DNA of 46,605 bases from Gammaproteobacteria bacterium (GTDB taxonomy: Bacteria > Pseudomonadota > Gammaproteobacteria > UBA1113). The position numbers and the translations under genes were made by a program. Of this stretch, positions 46,597 to 46,605 are shown piece after piece. The notes beneath the pieces were generated by a model. That model did no database searches, had not been told where the DNA came from, and saw only the letters and a program-made list of their open reading frames with translations. Position 1 is the stretch's first letter. Every line of letters begins with the position of its first letter. Where the stretch lies: assembly GCA_009885935.1 (NCBI GenBank), contig VFJT01000118.1:1-46605 (forward strand), in the 5' to 3' direction.

Positions 46597-46605
46597 AGGT
46601 TTTTA

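Overview
Chromosomal segment of a gammaproteobacterium that looks Legionellales/Coxiellaceae-like (inferred from gene content and protein style). The housekeeping backbone is trmB, pyrD, cysS, gltX, lpxH, purF-cvpA-folC-accD, smpB, queF, two L,D-transpeptidases, fadIJ, pilVWX, ihfB, tRNA-Pro, ihfA, pheT, lon-clpX-clpP-tig, tRNA-Leu, tilS and accA. Accessory genes interrupt it: an MscS-cNMP channel, an Rpn nuclease with an internal antitoxin start, three orphan effector-like proteins (one ends in a CaaX box), an AlbA_2/Schlafen-HATPase-wHTH gene, and a terminal stretch of IS3, IS256 and IS6 remnants. Three patterns stand out. (1) Palindromic REP-type repeats have become in-frame parts of essential proteins: a decayed complete REP doublet inside PheT, and two different repeat families at the two ends of FolC. 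(2) Two accessory segments are each bracketed by a near-perfect duplication of the neighbouring housekeeping gene's predicted sigma70 promoter (queF, accA). (3) pheT is separated from pheS and follows lon, and both IHF subunit genes converge on a REP-flanked tRNA-Pro. All alignments were done by eye and no database searches were run.
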